Positions 38,333 through 51,728 of a stretch of DNA of 64,000 bases are shown in pieces. The DNA is from Chiloscyllium plagiosum (taxonomy: Eukaryota): contig NC_057717.1 in NCBI RefSeq assembly GCF_004010195.1, positions 73,726,399 through 73,790,398 of the forward strand, in the 5' to 3' direction. The position numbers and the translations under genes were made by a program. How positions within the stretch are numbered: position 1 is the stretch's first letter; each line of letters starts with the position of its first letter. Under the pieces are notes generated by a model. The model had not been told where the DNA came from, did no database searches, and was given only the letters and a program-made list of their open reading frames with translations.

Positions 38333-38370
38333 AAATCGACGTTTCTGGCAAAAGCCATTCATCAGGAATT
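38333..38370 (-). ncRNA. Minimal hammerhead ribozyme-like motif (variant stem II)
   Basis: The minus strand reads aattc CTGATGA a tggc tttt gcca GAAA cg TC gattt. Confidence 0.5.
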
Positions 38371-40874
38371 AAGGCAGTGAGCCTGGAGCGTGGAGAGATA
38401 AGCTAGAGGAGGGTGGGGGTGGGGAGAAAGTAGCATAGAGTACAATAGGTGAGTGGGAGAGGGAATGAAATGATAGGTCAGGGAGAAGAAGATGGAGTGG
38501 ATAGGTGGAAAAGGAGATAGGCAGGTAGGACAAGTCCGGACAAGTCATGGGGACAGTGCTGAGCTGGCATGTTTGAAGAGCTTCAGGGAAGAAGAAATGA
38601 CCTGGGAGTTGCAGTGGGAGAGGGACTCCCTGAGATTCTTGTGGAGAGAGGAGGAAAACTTCTTCAAGGCAGGCATCCTTGCAAGAGGATTCGCAGTAGG
38701 GGTTAAAATCAACGAGGTAAAAACAATGACTGCAGATGCTGGAAACAAGATTCTGCATTCGTGGTGCTGAAAGAGCACAGCAGTTCAGGCTTTTGAGGGA
38801 AACGTCGATTTCGAACCTCCTTGGATGCTGCCTGAACTGCTGAGCTCTTCCAGTACCAATAATCCAGAATCTGATTTCCAGCATCTGCAGTCATTGTTTT
38901 TACCTCGTTGATTTTAACCCTACTGCGAATCCTCTTGCAAGGATGCCTGCCTTGAAGAAGTTTTCCTCCTCTCTCTACAAAAATCTCAGGGAGTCCCTCT
39001 CCCACTGCAACTCCCAGGTCATTTCCTCTGCCTTGAAGCTCTTCAACCATGCCAGCTCAGCACTGTCCCCATGACCTAGGCTATCTCCACCCCCACCCTC
39101 CTCTAGCTTATCCCTCCACGCTTCAGGCTCTCTGCCTTTATTCCTGATGAAGGGCTTTCACCTATTGTACTCTATGCTACTTTCTCCCCGCCCCCACCCT
39201 CCTCTCGCTTATCTCTCTCCACGCTCCAGGCTCAATGCCTTTATTCCTGATGAAGGACGTTTGCCGGAAACGTCGATTTCGCAGCTCCTTGGATGCTGCC
39301 TGAACTGCTATGCTCTTCCAGCACCACTAATCCAGAATATTTATTTCATGCTAGATTGGTTTGCGATTTAGAAGAGACGTACTTGTGACAGTCTTCCTAT
39401 TCAACTACTGAATATTTTTTTTCTTGGAGATTACAAACATTTAGCAGAAGCTGCCCAGGGAGCTTTGGAGAATTGACATAGTGCATTTTATGCAGCACTA
39501 CTCTTCTTGTGAAAAGGGATTGCAAATTTTAAGTGGCGGACAGCATACTGATCAAGCTGGTTTTTCTTAGATAGTATGGGAAGTCTTGCGCATTATACAA
39601 CCACTTTCATTAACGCAAATCTTGGCCTATGCTTTTTATGTGTGACTAGATTTTGGAAGTTAAAAAATATGTTTCTCACTTCAGAATTTATTGTCATGCA
39701 CTTTCTCATGATCTGCTGCAGTGTTTTTAAGTTTGTTCACATCAGTTCCTCATTACCTCCAAAATGATAATCATTTTGGATTCATTAATGTTTGTTTATT
39801 CTTGTAATGGATAACGCCATCATTGAAAAGACCATTCTTGAGAGCAAGGAAAAGTCAAAGACATTTTTGTGTTTGGATTGTGATACACGCCAGCAATTGT
39901 ACCAATGGAATATCGCCTTCCCATTCGATATGAGTAAATCATTTTATACTTACCAGTGATAATTTCGCCCTCAATGTTAAGGAAAATAGCTTCCGATTCG
40001 AAATTTCAATTCTTACCTCTATCTCATCAGCTAATGGTTAACTGTTACCCCAAAATATTAGCTGAGATTGAGGTTAAGTTGTCCTGAAGCGTTATTAGTG
40101 ACAGATTATCTTTCTTACAGCAACAGTTAATGTCATTGCTTGTCAAGTGGAGATAGATCAGTCAGTTTTGTTGAAGATTTTCATTCATTTTCACTTCTGT
40201 AGCCTGACCTGTAGCATGTCCTTATCTGTCCAAAACCGTAAATCTTTCTCAAGACTACTGAAAATTGGCACACCCAGTTTTAAGCTCTGAGGAGTGGACA
40301 TTGTTGTGGACATTTGCAATCATAACTTAACTTCCCCATGTCTGATCCTGAAATGGTCGGAAAGTCAATGAGAAAACGGTTGAAGTTGATAGCATTATTG
40401 TATCATAATGTACTCGAGCATTGATGAACACAACCGACAGAACTGGGTTCAAATGTTCACTTCAACTGTGTCATTGCTTTTTCATGTTCAAGCTGCTCTA
40501 CTTGCAATTGAATTCCAGTCATTTCCAAAGATTCTGATGGCATTGCCAGTAATTTTAAATGCCGAGATATTGCTCAAAGTATCTCTCTTTTTCTCACAGA
40601 CTCAGGCAACCCTAACTCCAGCTTGCCTGCCAATCCAAACAGCTTTGCCTTGTGCCTATTTTTTGTTAAATCCACGAAGTCACTTCTTCCACCTCCAGAA
40701 ATCTCTTAGTCACCAAACAAACCACTACTCGAAAACGTGCACCCTGTTTAAAACATCCAAAATCAACACTCGAAACAAAAGGCACTAACAGTTCCCATTT
40801 GCCACCTTTGAGTCTAATAAAACCTTACCTAACTTGGAAGAATAAATATTTAAGGTGTACAAGGGGCCAAAAAT

Positions 40875-41497
40875 TATTATGGACCAGATTTCCTCAAGAT
40901 ATTTTAATAAGGTAGCCCAGAAACTAACGTTTGTTTATTTTAAAGTTAGATGCATCGTGTGCATTCCGGATATGATATGACTGGTGATAATACTCGACGT
41001 TAAGCAAAACAACTTACTTAATCGCTATAGTTACAGCACAAACTAAAGAAAGATGAATTAAGAATAACTTAGCTATTGAAAGGCTTATGCAAATAACAAA
41101 TAAAATGTCCATTATTAATTAATTATTCCAATATGGTAACATCCCGCAAACACCGCCATGGCAGAAAGGCAAATTCAGTTATAGATTCTTACATTCAGTT
41201 TTCTAATCCAGGAGGAGGGAAAAATCAAGAGAACTTGCACAGAAATTAAGAATCATTCACGAAAATTCCTACTCTTCTGAGACCCCAAACAGCTGACTGC
41301 TACAGCTAAAAATAAACGAGAAAGCCTGATTTGTGAGAGCTGGTCATTCCCAATCCAACTGATTCCATTCTTCTAATTAAAAAAAAAGTCACATAAGTTG
41401 TTTATTTAAGCCATCTTCATTAGATATTTTTTCACGTCTTCCTTTACAACTGCTCTTCAAAAGAAACCCAGGACAGTTTAACCTTTTTAAAGTTACA
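40875..41497. mobile_element. Degenerate LTR related to 54229-54870
   Basis: Shares ttatggaccaga..tcaaga.at..aaggtagcc, gacgttaagcaaaac and ctg(g)atttgtgagag with the Gypsy-associated LTR. Confidence 0.65.
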
Positions 41498-41798
41498 GCA
41501 TCGTCCCGATAAGCTGCATTTTGTTTTTGAAGTAAATGATTGTCATGTCATTTATTGCAACCGATGTTGTATGCAACCATTGTGACACAAAAATGTTGAG
41601 ATGTTTTGAGCTGTTACCAGCAGAGAGTCTTGCTGTTTGACTCTGAAGACTCTCCCGCACCGTATTGGCAACGACCAACTTGTTATGATTTACTCAGATT
41701 TAAGAATCGATTTAAGGTACTCCCTTCAATACTCTGCGAGGGCAGGGAACAGGAATATGTAGATTTCCAAATGTGCATATAAATTTGGCCTGATACAG

Positions 41799-42829
41799 TG
41801 TTATAACACGAAGGCGAACCCCTCTGTTAATTTAGCCAAACACCCAGAAAAGCTCAAACCGTCTCATAATCTGTTAAAATATGAGAGACAGAGAACTCCA
41901 AATTTCCACTATTTAACGAAAATAATATCAATTTATTCATTGACTCTAAAAGTGTACATTAAAGAACAACTATTCAAAACTCTCTGACCCTATTTCTCTT
42001 AACTACTCATAAACTGCCCCCAACTCTCTAACAATACGCTGTTTCAATAAACACTTACTAAAATTACATCAACTTAATTTCAAAACGATCTGTCGTCTCT
42101 GGTGGCTTTCTTCATTCAGCTGAGGATCGCCCTGGGTCTCGTTCTTTCTCTTACTGCGAATATGTTTCAGACAGAAAGGTATTTTTGATACAGAATGTTT
42201 CAAACTCTTGGATCTTTGTTGTGGTTCTGTTCGCCGAGCTGTGGCATTCGTGTAGGAACCGGAGTTGTTCGTATGTGGCGCTTAGTCGGTTAACGCAGGA
42301 TTCCCATTTCCTGGCTTGTCTCAGCGTCTCTCGCCCGTAAGTGTTCAAAGTTTGTGCGAAGATTTGTAGCTCGGGTGCTCGGCGAACAGAACCACAACAA
42401 CGAGCACCCGAGCTACAAATCTTCGCACAAACTTTGAACACTTACGGTCTTGGATCTTTCTCGATGGCAGTTAGTCTCTCGATAGCAGGTATCTGTCAAT
42501 AGCAGGTACTCTCTCTGACTTCCCAAATACTTGTCTTTTTGTTTATATCCCCATAGTCTCATTGGTTCCGCGTTGGCAAAAAAAAAATTCAAACTCGATT
42601 GGCTTTCAGTATCCTGGGGCATAATTTAAACTGATTGGATGAATTCGAACTGTTGTCAAAACAGCAACCAACTCAGGTTCGATTTTACAGCCAATTGTTA
42701 CGCATTTTCAATTTTCCAGTACAGTCTGAGACTGCCAGCTAGTCATTTGACAGGTGCTTGTAAGGTCTCAGTGCAAACCAGCTTTCACGCTGTCTCAAAT
42801 GTACAGTATATGCCTTCAACTTCATAACA
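41799..42829. mobile_element. Solo LTR (Gypsy-like) with a 4-bp TSD
   Basis: Termini TGTTAT...ATAACA (inverted), flanked by ACAG at 41795-41798 and 42830-42833. Confidence 0.8.
42218..42447. mobile_element. Rearranged, inverted retroelement-end insertion (likely Penelope-type) inside the solo LTR, 12-bp TSD
   Basis: TCTTGGATCTTT at 42206-42217 and 42448-42459; perfect 47-bp inverted repeat 42335-42381 / 42401-42447. Confidence 0.75.
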
Positions 42830-43699
42830 ACAGCATAGAGAGGTTTGGAATGACGGAAATGATTTGTAGCTTTTTATGATGTTGGATTTTAGAAGATCAT
42901 AGTTTAATGTGTTCGATTCAAGCAAATTTCATGTTTTCAAAAAAGACGTGAATGTGAGAACAGAAAGATATAAGAGGCACATCAACAGACTGATGCTGAA
43001 TGGATGAACCGAAAGTGTAAAATGGCAGAGGCTGACCTCAAGATTGAATACTTATATGCTCAAGGAGAGCATAAAAATTGTTTTTTCTGTGCAAAGGTGG
43101 TGCATGGGATATGTCTACCAAAATAGAACTAAGACTGGAGAAGGTAATGTCAAACATTTGAAAGGTCCAATGGCATAAAATTGTTGCGTTCCCAGTTACG
43201 TTTCCTGAAGGATGCGAGCGTATGAAAATGTATTAAGGCGAGGAAAGGGAGGGATTTTCCAGAAGATGGCAATCGCACATTTAATAAATATACATGCATG
43301 AAAATGTGCCTGTTTCTATGTTGGGATTGTAGGAGAAGGGATGTGGTTTGGAACAAATGTTGGTGCATTTAAGTTGATCTACAAAAGAGAGGATTGTTGC
43401 AGTTGGATATGGACAGGTTATACCATGGTTCAAGTGTCTACTACGCCTCATAGGAAGATTTACTTTAAGCAGAATCCTTAAGGATAACGAAACAGCTACT
43501 AAGCTTCTTTAGGTGAACTGAAACGGTTCAAAAATGCAGACAACCATCACGTTCTCATGGGCAACTCTGGACGGCAATAAATGCTGGTCAGCGACCGACG
43601 CCCACATCCCACAAAAATGAAGTAAAAAGGTCATTTAAACCATTAGTAAATACAATAGGGCAGTGCTCAGTGTCCGTCTGCAATGCGATCTAAAGGGGA

Positions 43700-44030
43700 G
43701 GCGACGGACGACTTGTATTATAGCTGGAATGCTAATTGAGGGACCCAGGAAATTTCTGGGGACTCAAGTTCGAATTCTGCCGTGGCAGATGGTGGAATGT
43801 AAATTCAATAAGAAATCTGGATATATGACGAATATGCCGGTTGTCAGGAAAGATCAATCTGATTCACTATTGTTCTTAAGGGAAGGAACCTGTTATCGTT
43901 ACGTGGTCTGCTCTACATATGACTTCAGACCCACACCAATGTCGTTGACTCTCAAATGGGTAATTAGGAATGAGTAATAAATGCTGGCCTGGTCAGCGAT
44001 GCCTACATCCTGTAAATGAATAATAAATTC
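43700..44030 (+). mobile_element. tRNA-derived SINE (non-HE1 family), degenerate; a related copy lies at ~36100-36390
   Basis: B-box-like AGTTCGAATTC and tail gggtaattaggaatgagtaataaatgctggcc...cctacatcc. Confidence 0.6.
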
Positions 44031-44639
44031 AAAAATGCTCACATTCACATTCATTTTGGCAATGCTTCTTCCAATTTTATCTGAACAATTGAAACCCATC
44101 GTGTTCTATCCATGAATTCAATATTCACTGCAGTTAAAGTAGACAACTTAATGACGAAAGAGCAGCAAAGGTAATCGCAAATACAAATTAATATGAACTG
44201 CAATCGCATCAAATCATGTTTATTGGATGAGTAATGTATTGCATTGTCGCTTCATTCCTGGAATGATGTAGTGCATGCCACTTAAAGAATGCTGTATTTC
44301 ATCCAATGCACTATTCATTTCAAAGTCAAAATTACTCATGCAACTTGTGTGATAGTCAGATTCTTTTTCGACACGTCGAAGTGACAAATGCAAAATGCTA
44401 TAAGTTGTGAAGAGGCAAAGTGTAAATAAGTATGAGAGACACAGAAGGTTCTCAGTGCCTGGAAAGCAGTGCCATGGCAGTGTTACATCTAGCACCATAG
44501 CAACGATTCACAGGCATTAAGATAGACACGTGAACAATAACAAAAACGGATCATGATCAGGCAGTTGGACTTTATTTCGAATGGCATATGGTCAGCCATG
44601 ACACTGTAGTCGAAGGACTTTTTCCAGTGTTGATCTTTT

Positions 44640-45100
44640 CCATGCTCCATGTCGCTTGGGTTGAAGCAATTTGTTATGAAGAGAGACTGGATAGCCTTGG
44701 AATGATACCTTTGGAGCAGAGAAGGATGAAAGTGGGACATCCCAATGTGTATAAAATTATGAGGGTCACGGACAGGATTGAAGCGATTTACCTGTTCCCC
44801 TGAATTGAAAAGTCCATAATAAGGGGTTGGGGATATACGTTTACGTTGAAGGACATAAGTCTTAGAGAGGTTTCAGGATGTTCGTTCACCAGAAGGTGGT
44901 GAGATTCTGAAATAAACTTTCGGGAACGTAGTAAAGCGGGAAACCTCAGAACTTTACAACAGTACGTGAATGAGCACTTGCAATGTTATAACCCAATTTT
45001 TGGACCAAATGTTGGGAAGTGGGATTCGTTCAGATAGGTCAGCACATGCTCAATGCACCGAGGGCCTCTTCTCTGCTGTGTGTCCCCTATAACTCTATGA
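44640..45100 (+). mobile_element. Decayed CR1/L2 3' end
   Basis: CYEERLDSLGMIPLEQRRMK..VYKIMR; tataactctatga tail. Confidence 0.7.
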
Positions 45101-46704
45101 TTATGCTATCATGCAATGGCTCCCAAAACTGACTTAGCCAGATTAGCAACTGTTCTATAATATAATTGGTATTTATCGCCCATCAACTAAATAGGTAGAG
45201 ATGGCACAATATCTAAAGTAATAACAAGACACAATGAAATATAGAATAAAAGGACAGGGGAGAATCCTGCTTCTGATACACTCTGGATAATGTATAGAGG
45301 ACAAGAAGTGCCATATTATTCAGAATTTTAGAAAGTGTGATAAACAGTCAGTTTGTCTGCAAACATTGTGTAAACAGGAAATAGTTAAGATTTCTCTTCA
45401 TTAGAAATTGTAGAGGGCAGAGACTTCATGAATTTTGTAACATTTGCTATTTGCCCGGAAAAAAAGAAACATAATTTCAAGATTGGGTAGAGTATACGCA
45501 ACATTTTAAATAGGAGATAGACGTATGGGCAACAAGTGGAGTATAGTTCTAGTAAAAGGGGATGCATTTATCCAACGTGAAGTTAAATACCATGAACATA
45601 AATAGCTCTTCACAAAATTTTAAAAATCAATAAGAAAAACACAAAAAGTCCAAAGGTTGAGCAGCGGGTGTGAATCTCGATTTTTTTAACTCAGCGTTGA
45701 ATCCAGAAGGCATTAGGTTACCTAGTTTGAAAAACTGCTGTTTTTCAAGGTTCCAAATGTGCTTCAAAGGAATACTTCAGTCGAATGATGTTCGACACGT
45801 GACCATGATAAAAGGTGGTAAATAAAATGCGAAGCAAGCTGAACGTTTCATGCTTGCAGAATGATTGGAGACTTTTCACAAAGCGTTATTACAATCTGGG
45901 GTTTGTGTCCACACTGAACAATAGAAAAAAAATGTGATGTGACAAAGCAGCCATAGGAAGACAGTGTTTGCACATGAAGAGATTGACTAAATGGAGAAAG
46001 TTCAGGAGTAACATCTGTGGCATTTTTTTTCAAGACAGCATCTTAGTTCCATACTTTCAAGTGCAATTAAGAATGGGAATAAATACTGGCATAACCAGGA
46101 TTATTCACATGTCATGACTCAATGAAACAAAATAAAACGCAATGGGGACTGCAGTATGCTGGAGTCAAGTAAAACATTTAGATTTATTCTGCATCCCTTG
46201 CTTCGCATTTATCTGTAGCATGAAGTACTCGGACAGAATTCCCAACACCAAAACTCTTCTGCCGAAAAGCTTCGTATTGTCAGTTCGCACAACTCCCTTG
46301 CATCCATCTTACAAATAAAATATTGCATTTCGCACACTATCATCCTCAACATCGTGTGCACCAGCTGTTTTGATGAGCAGATATAATCATATTCTACAAT
46401 ATATTTCTCAAGATATTTTGAAATTTAATGTTTGGGATTCAGAGGGGCCCATTGCACCTTAATATATCCAAATAAGGAAGACAGTTTCAAACAGTGATCC
46501 CCACATATACGGATGTTGGGAATAACATGTCTAGGCGGCAAGTGAGAATAACATTCAGCCAATGCCAGGACCATACTTGTCGATAGCGACTTCACATTTA
46601 ATATGTGCACTTCAAGTTGCAAATCATGAATTGGCCGAACATCATATATTAGAAATAAGCATAAAACTGAGAAATTTGTCCTCTTGGTGAACACGTAAAG
46701 ATAA

Positions 46705-47480
46705 GAACATAAGATCAAAGACAAAGAACAGAATTAGGCCATTCTGTCAATCGAGTCTGCTCTGGCTTTCGTTCTTGGCTGACATATTGCTTCATCGCAA
46801 TCTTCTGCCTTCTGTGTGACACCACTGATAGCTGTAGCTATCAAGAATCCACTTTTGTGTATTACTTACACTCAACGACTTGACCTCAGTAGTATAAGCA
46901 GCAATTAATCACCATGCATCTGAGAAGACTCCCCCTCATCTCAGTTTTAAGGGGTCATCAGTTTACTCAGAGGCTGCGCTGTCGGGTTGAATCTCTCTTG
47001 CCTGTGGAAATATGTTCTATACATTCATTCTATCCATTCTCTCAGTATTCTGTAAATTTCAATCAGACTACAACACACTTCCCCACCATTCTTCTAAACT
47101 CCATCATATACAAACCCAGAGACAACAATCACTGCTCGTATGACAAACCCTTCACTTCTTGGATCATTCCTGAAGATCAACCCCGGATCGGCTCCAACAC
47201 TATCAAATGGGCTGAAACTGCTTAAAGTTTTCCAAATATGGCCTGACCAGAGACTTTTGCATCCTCAGCAGTATAACTCTTCTTTTGTAATCTTGTCTTT
47301 ATAAAATTAATTATAACTTTGCATTATAACAGCCAACTGATTCTGAGTGTTAACTTGAAAAGAATCCTGAACTATTACTCCAATGTCCTTTTGTATTTCA
47401 GATTTCTGAAGCCTTTCCCCACTGAAAAAGTAATCGACACATCTATTCTCCCGAACAAAGTGCGTCACATTTGGCACATC
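46705..47480 (-). mobile_element. Decayed CR1/L2-type 3' end
   Basis: ataagaacataaga tail and reverse-complement RT C-terminal sequence. Confidence 0.6.
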
Positions 47481-47539
47481 TAGATAATCCCTCTAGTATG
47501 TGACATTATTTTCCTGCATGAACCAGTCTAACACAAATT

Positions 47540-48950
47540 ACTGTCAACCCCATGCCTCCAATTATTTTTCAATGTCCTACTGTGGGGAACCTTATCAAAC
47601 GCCTTCCTGAAAATCATATACACTACATCAACCGCTTTACCCTAATCCAACTGGTTGTGCACCGCCTCAAAGAACTCAATACAGTTTGTGAGGCACGACC
47701 TACTCTTTATAAAACCGTGTTGACTATCCCTAAACAATTTAATCCTTTCTAGATGATTATAAATCCTATCCGTTATAATGATTTTTTAACACTTTACCCA
47801 CAACCAAAGTTACGCTTACTGGTCTGTAATTACTCGAATTGTCTCTACTCCCCTTCTTGTACAAGGGTTCAACATTTGTGATCCTCCAGTCTTCTGGCAC
47901 AATTCTTGTAGGCAATGATGACATAAATATCAAAGCCAAAAGCTCTGCAATCTCCTCCTTGCCATCCCAGAGAATCCAAGAAGTCCCATACAGTCAAGGG
48001 GATTTATCTATTTTCACACTTTCCAGAATAACTTAATCTGGTTAGTCTAGTAGCCTGTATCTCTGTATTCTCCTCGACAACGATGTTTTTTTTCCAGTGT
48101 GAATACCAACGAAAAATATTCATTCATCGCTTCTCCTATCTCCTCAGAATCCATACGCAACCTCCCACTATTTTTCTTGGGTGGCCATTATCTTAATCTA
48201 GTCATTCTTTTATTCCTGATATAACTGTAGAAAGCTTTCATATTTTGGTTGATCCTATCTGCCAATGAATTCTCTTGTCGGTTACTGTTTCTTCTTTGTT
48301 CCACTTTCGGTGTTTCCCGGCTAGCTCGTAATTCCCAAGCAACCTATCTGAGACTTCATGTCTCATCCTGACATCAACCTTCTTCTTTTTCTTGACAAGA
48401 TATTGAACTTCCTTAATAAACCACGGTTTCCCCAAAGGACCACTTCTTCCCTCACTAACAGGTGCATACTTATCAAGGACAGGCCGTAGCTGTTCTTTGA
48501 ATAAGCTCCCTATCTCAATTGCACAAGTTTCCTTCGCCATCCTATGCGAACTAAATTTCGCCTAGTTTCATCATAATTGCCTTCCCCGCAGTTATAACTC
48601 TTCCCTTATGGTTTTATGCCTATCCCTTTCCATCGCTAAAGTAAACATTATCAAACTGTGGTCACTATTACTGAAGTGCTCACCTAACTCCATATCTAAC
48701 AAATGTCCGGGTACTTTACCCAGTACCAAATCCAATATGGTAAAAACAATGACTGCAGATGCCGCAAACTAGATTCTGGATTAGCGTGGTGCTGGAAGAG
48801 CACAGCAGTTCAGGCAGCCTCGGCTCTTGTTGGCCTATCTACAAACTGTATCAGCAAAGCCGCCTACGCACTTTGACCCATATAAAGTAATCAAAATACA
48901 GCATTTTCACTCAATATTTGAAAAATTAAAGCCACCATAACAGGGTAGCT
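47540..48950 (-). mobile_element. CR1 ORF2 internal fragment, containing a Penelope-end insert at 48740-48818
   Basis: Colinear with 60700-61990; the insert is homologous to 37471-37548. Confidence 0.8.
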
Positions 48951-49339
48951 GTTACTCTCGTTCCCGAGGCTAGAATCGAACCTGGGACCCTGGTACTGTG
49001 AGGCAGCAGCGCTAACCTTCAAACTTCTGTCTTCCAGTGAAGGATTTTAGGAAGAGAATACCAGGATTTTGACTCAATGGTACTGAATCAAAAACTGTAT
49101 TTTCCAAATGATGGTTCATTACTTGCTGTGGGAGTGGATGGGTGTGGCAGTTGATGGTTCTTGCTGGTGGTGATCTCCTACTAAATGGAAGAGCTTGTTA
49201 GTGTGCAGAGTGCTGTTTAAGGTATCATAGTAATTTCTGCAGTGCTTCTGAGATGTTACAATTGTTGTTACTGACCCTTTGCGATAGAATGACTGCATGT
49301 TTTGGGGCATGTGGTGAGTTGCACTATTCTTATCTTCTC

Positions 49340-50470
49340 CCTTGTTTTCCCATGACTCTAGTATTGCCAGACGAATGGATTCTGCATTTATCCCTCTGCT
49401 GTTCGTGGTCTCGGTACATGATTTGAAGGAAAACTTGCCAGGTCAAATGAGTAAGTTTGTGGACGTTACAAAAATTGATGAGTTTGTGGATAATCGGAAG
49501 GACTGTCAAAGGATGCAACAGGGTATGGATCAGTTGGACCCAAGGGCAGGAACATAGCAGTTGCCGTTTAATCCGGACAAAGGGGGGTGACACATTTTGG
49601 AAGGTCAATACAGTTGGAAATTATGCCGTGAATGACGGTACCCTGAGGAGTTCTGATATGCAGACGGTTCTGATTGCGCACTTCCACAGGCCACAAAGGG
49701 TGTCAGCAGTCGATGAGGTAGTGAAATAGATCTCTGGCTTGCTTGCTTTAATTGGAAAGGGAATTGAGTATAAGGATAGACAAGTTATGCTGCAATTTTA
49801 TAGGACTTTAGTTAAGCCACACTTGGAATATTGCGTACATCTTTTTTGTTACCACACAACAAGAAGTGTCTGAATGGATTGGAAAGGGTAAAGAGAAAAT
49901 TTACCAGCAGGTGTGGGGTGGGATTTTAGCGATGAAGTACTGTTGGGTAGACTGATTTTCTTTTCACTGGAAGACAGAAGTTTGAAGGATAATCTGGTAG
50001 AATTTTCTCAGTTTTTGAATGACATGGATACAATGCAAACCACAAGACATTTTCGCAGTGTGCAGGGCTACCAGAGAACACACCTTCAAGGAGCGGGGGC
50101 AGGTAGGAGTTGAAGAGAGACATGTGAGCACATTTTTCACGGAAAGGGTGGTGAATGTGTCGAACGCACCGACAGAGGAGGTGGTAGAAGCGGACCCAAC
50201 AACAACATTTAAGAAGAGCCTGGGCAAAATCATGAAGAGGTTCCTGAAGAAGGGCCTGTGCCCGAAACGTCGAATCTCCTGTTCCCTGGATGCTGCCTGA
50301 CCTGCTGTGCTGTTCCAGCAATAAAGTTTCAACCAAAATCATGAAGAGGAAGTGTAAAAATGGAAATGTATCCTATAGGTAAAGACATCTTTCGTACGGA
50401 AGGCAAAGTTGTGTCGACGCAGGCTTGGAGGACCGAAGGGCCTGCTCTCGTCCTGTATTGTTCATCGTTC
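49340..50470 (+). mobile_element. Old CR1 3' fragment
   Basis: SKFVDVTKI and FFTERVVNVSNA..EEVVEA. Confidence 0.8.
50237..50278 (+). ncRNA. Minimal type I hammerhead ribozyme in a 93-bp TSD-flanked insertion (50241-50333)
   Basis: gaggttc CTGAAGA a gggc ctgt gccc GAAA cg TC gaatctc: 7-bp stem I and 4-bp stem II. TSD CAAAATCATGAAGAGG at 50225-50240 and 50334-50349. Confidence 0.7.
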
Positions 50471-51728
50471 TTCGTCAAATTTGGTCTTTACATCGACAAC
50501 AATCAGCTTTGCCTCCTTCTTGATGATGGCTATTTTTTTGGCTAAGCTTCAACGAAGCCTGATATGAGGTCAGGTGCTGAGTGGCCCTGCTAGAATACAA
50601 GTTTGTTGTCAGTGAACACTTTATGACTGAAGAGTTGCTGCTTTCCTGCAGTATTCAACATCTTCCATTACTTAACTATGATCGAAAATAGATTGATGTG
50701 CAACAAATGATCATGTTGGATTTGCCCTGGTTTTTGAGAACAGAATATACCTAGCAAACTTTCGCCATTGTCAGGAGGATGCCAGTGTTATATCTCTACT
50801 TGAACAGCTTGGCAAGGTATGAAGCAGTACCTGAACCACAGGCCTTCATTACCACCGCTGAACTTGCGTTAGGAGCCCAAAGTCTTTTCGGTATCCAATT
50901 CCTTGAACTATTAAGGATATCACGTGAAATAAATTAAATTGATTTAAGACTGGCATCTGTAATGCTGACAACGGCTGGAGGCGACAGAGGTGGATTATCC
51001 ACGCAGCATTTCCAATGGAATATTGTTCTGAATCCTTAATGTTTCTACTTCACAATGATACGCTAAGCTCAATTTCATTGAGGATGTGTTAGTCTAATTA
51101 CTGACCAACTTTCACAACTAGATGTGGTAAGACTGCAAAACTTGGATCTGATCTGTTGATTACACTAAGCGTATTGCTTGCACTTAATTAATGAGATGCA
51201 AGTAGTCTTGTTTCGTTGCTTCACCAGGTTGTTGTGAAACTATTTTTATTTATGACAAGGGCTGCTCCTGACGTGCTCATGTACACTACCCATTGATTTA
51301 TTAATATAACATATGCCAAGCCACAATTAAAAATATTATTATGTGCACTGGAGACATTTACAAAGCATTCCTTACGTAATTACTTCACGTTAATAGAACA
51401 GAATGCAGACTTTAATGTTACAGCTACAGAGAAGCTGCAGAAAATAATCAACTTTAATGTATGAGAGGGCCATTCACAGGTGTGATAATAGCCAAGAAGA
51501 AGCTGTTCTTCACTCTGTTGAAACAGATTACTTAACAATGACTTTTTTTAACATTCACAAGATGATTTTCAAACATCTTCTTTGACCAAAGCCCTCTCCA
51601 GTAGGAAAAACACAAAAAAAATTATAAAGGGTAGGAATGGGTATACTTTCGCATACCCTATTTCTAAAGGGTAGGAACGGGTATACTTTAGCACTGCCTG
51701 TTATACAATCAGATACTTCAAATCAGGT

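Larger units (their letters stand above)
37466..39335. mobile_element. Multimer of an internally deleted Penelope-derived ~476-bp monomer with an inversion, bounded by a 13-bp TSD
   Basis: Repeats start at 37471, 37947, 38241 and 38717 (element on - strand), with inverted copies at 38798-39335. AATATTTATTTCA at 37453-37465 and 39336-39348. Contains hammerhead cores. Confidence 0.88.
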
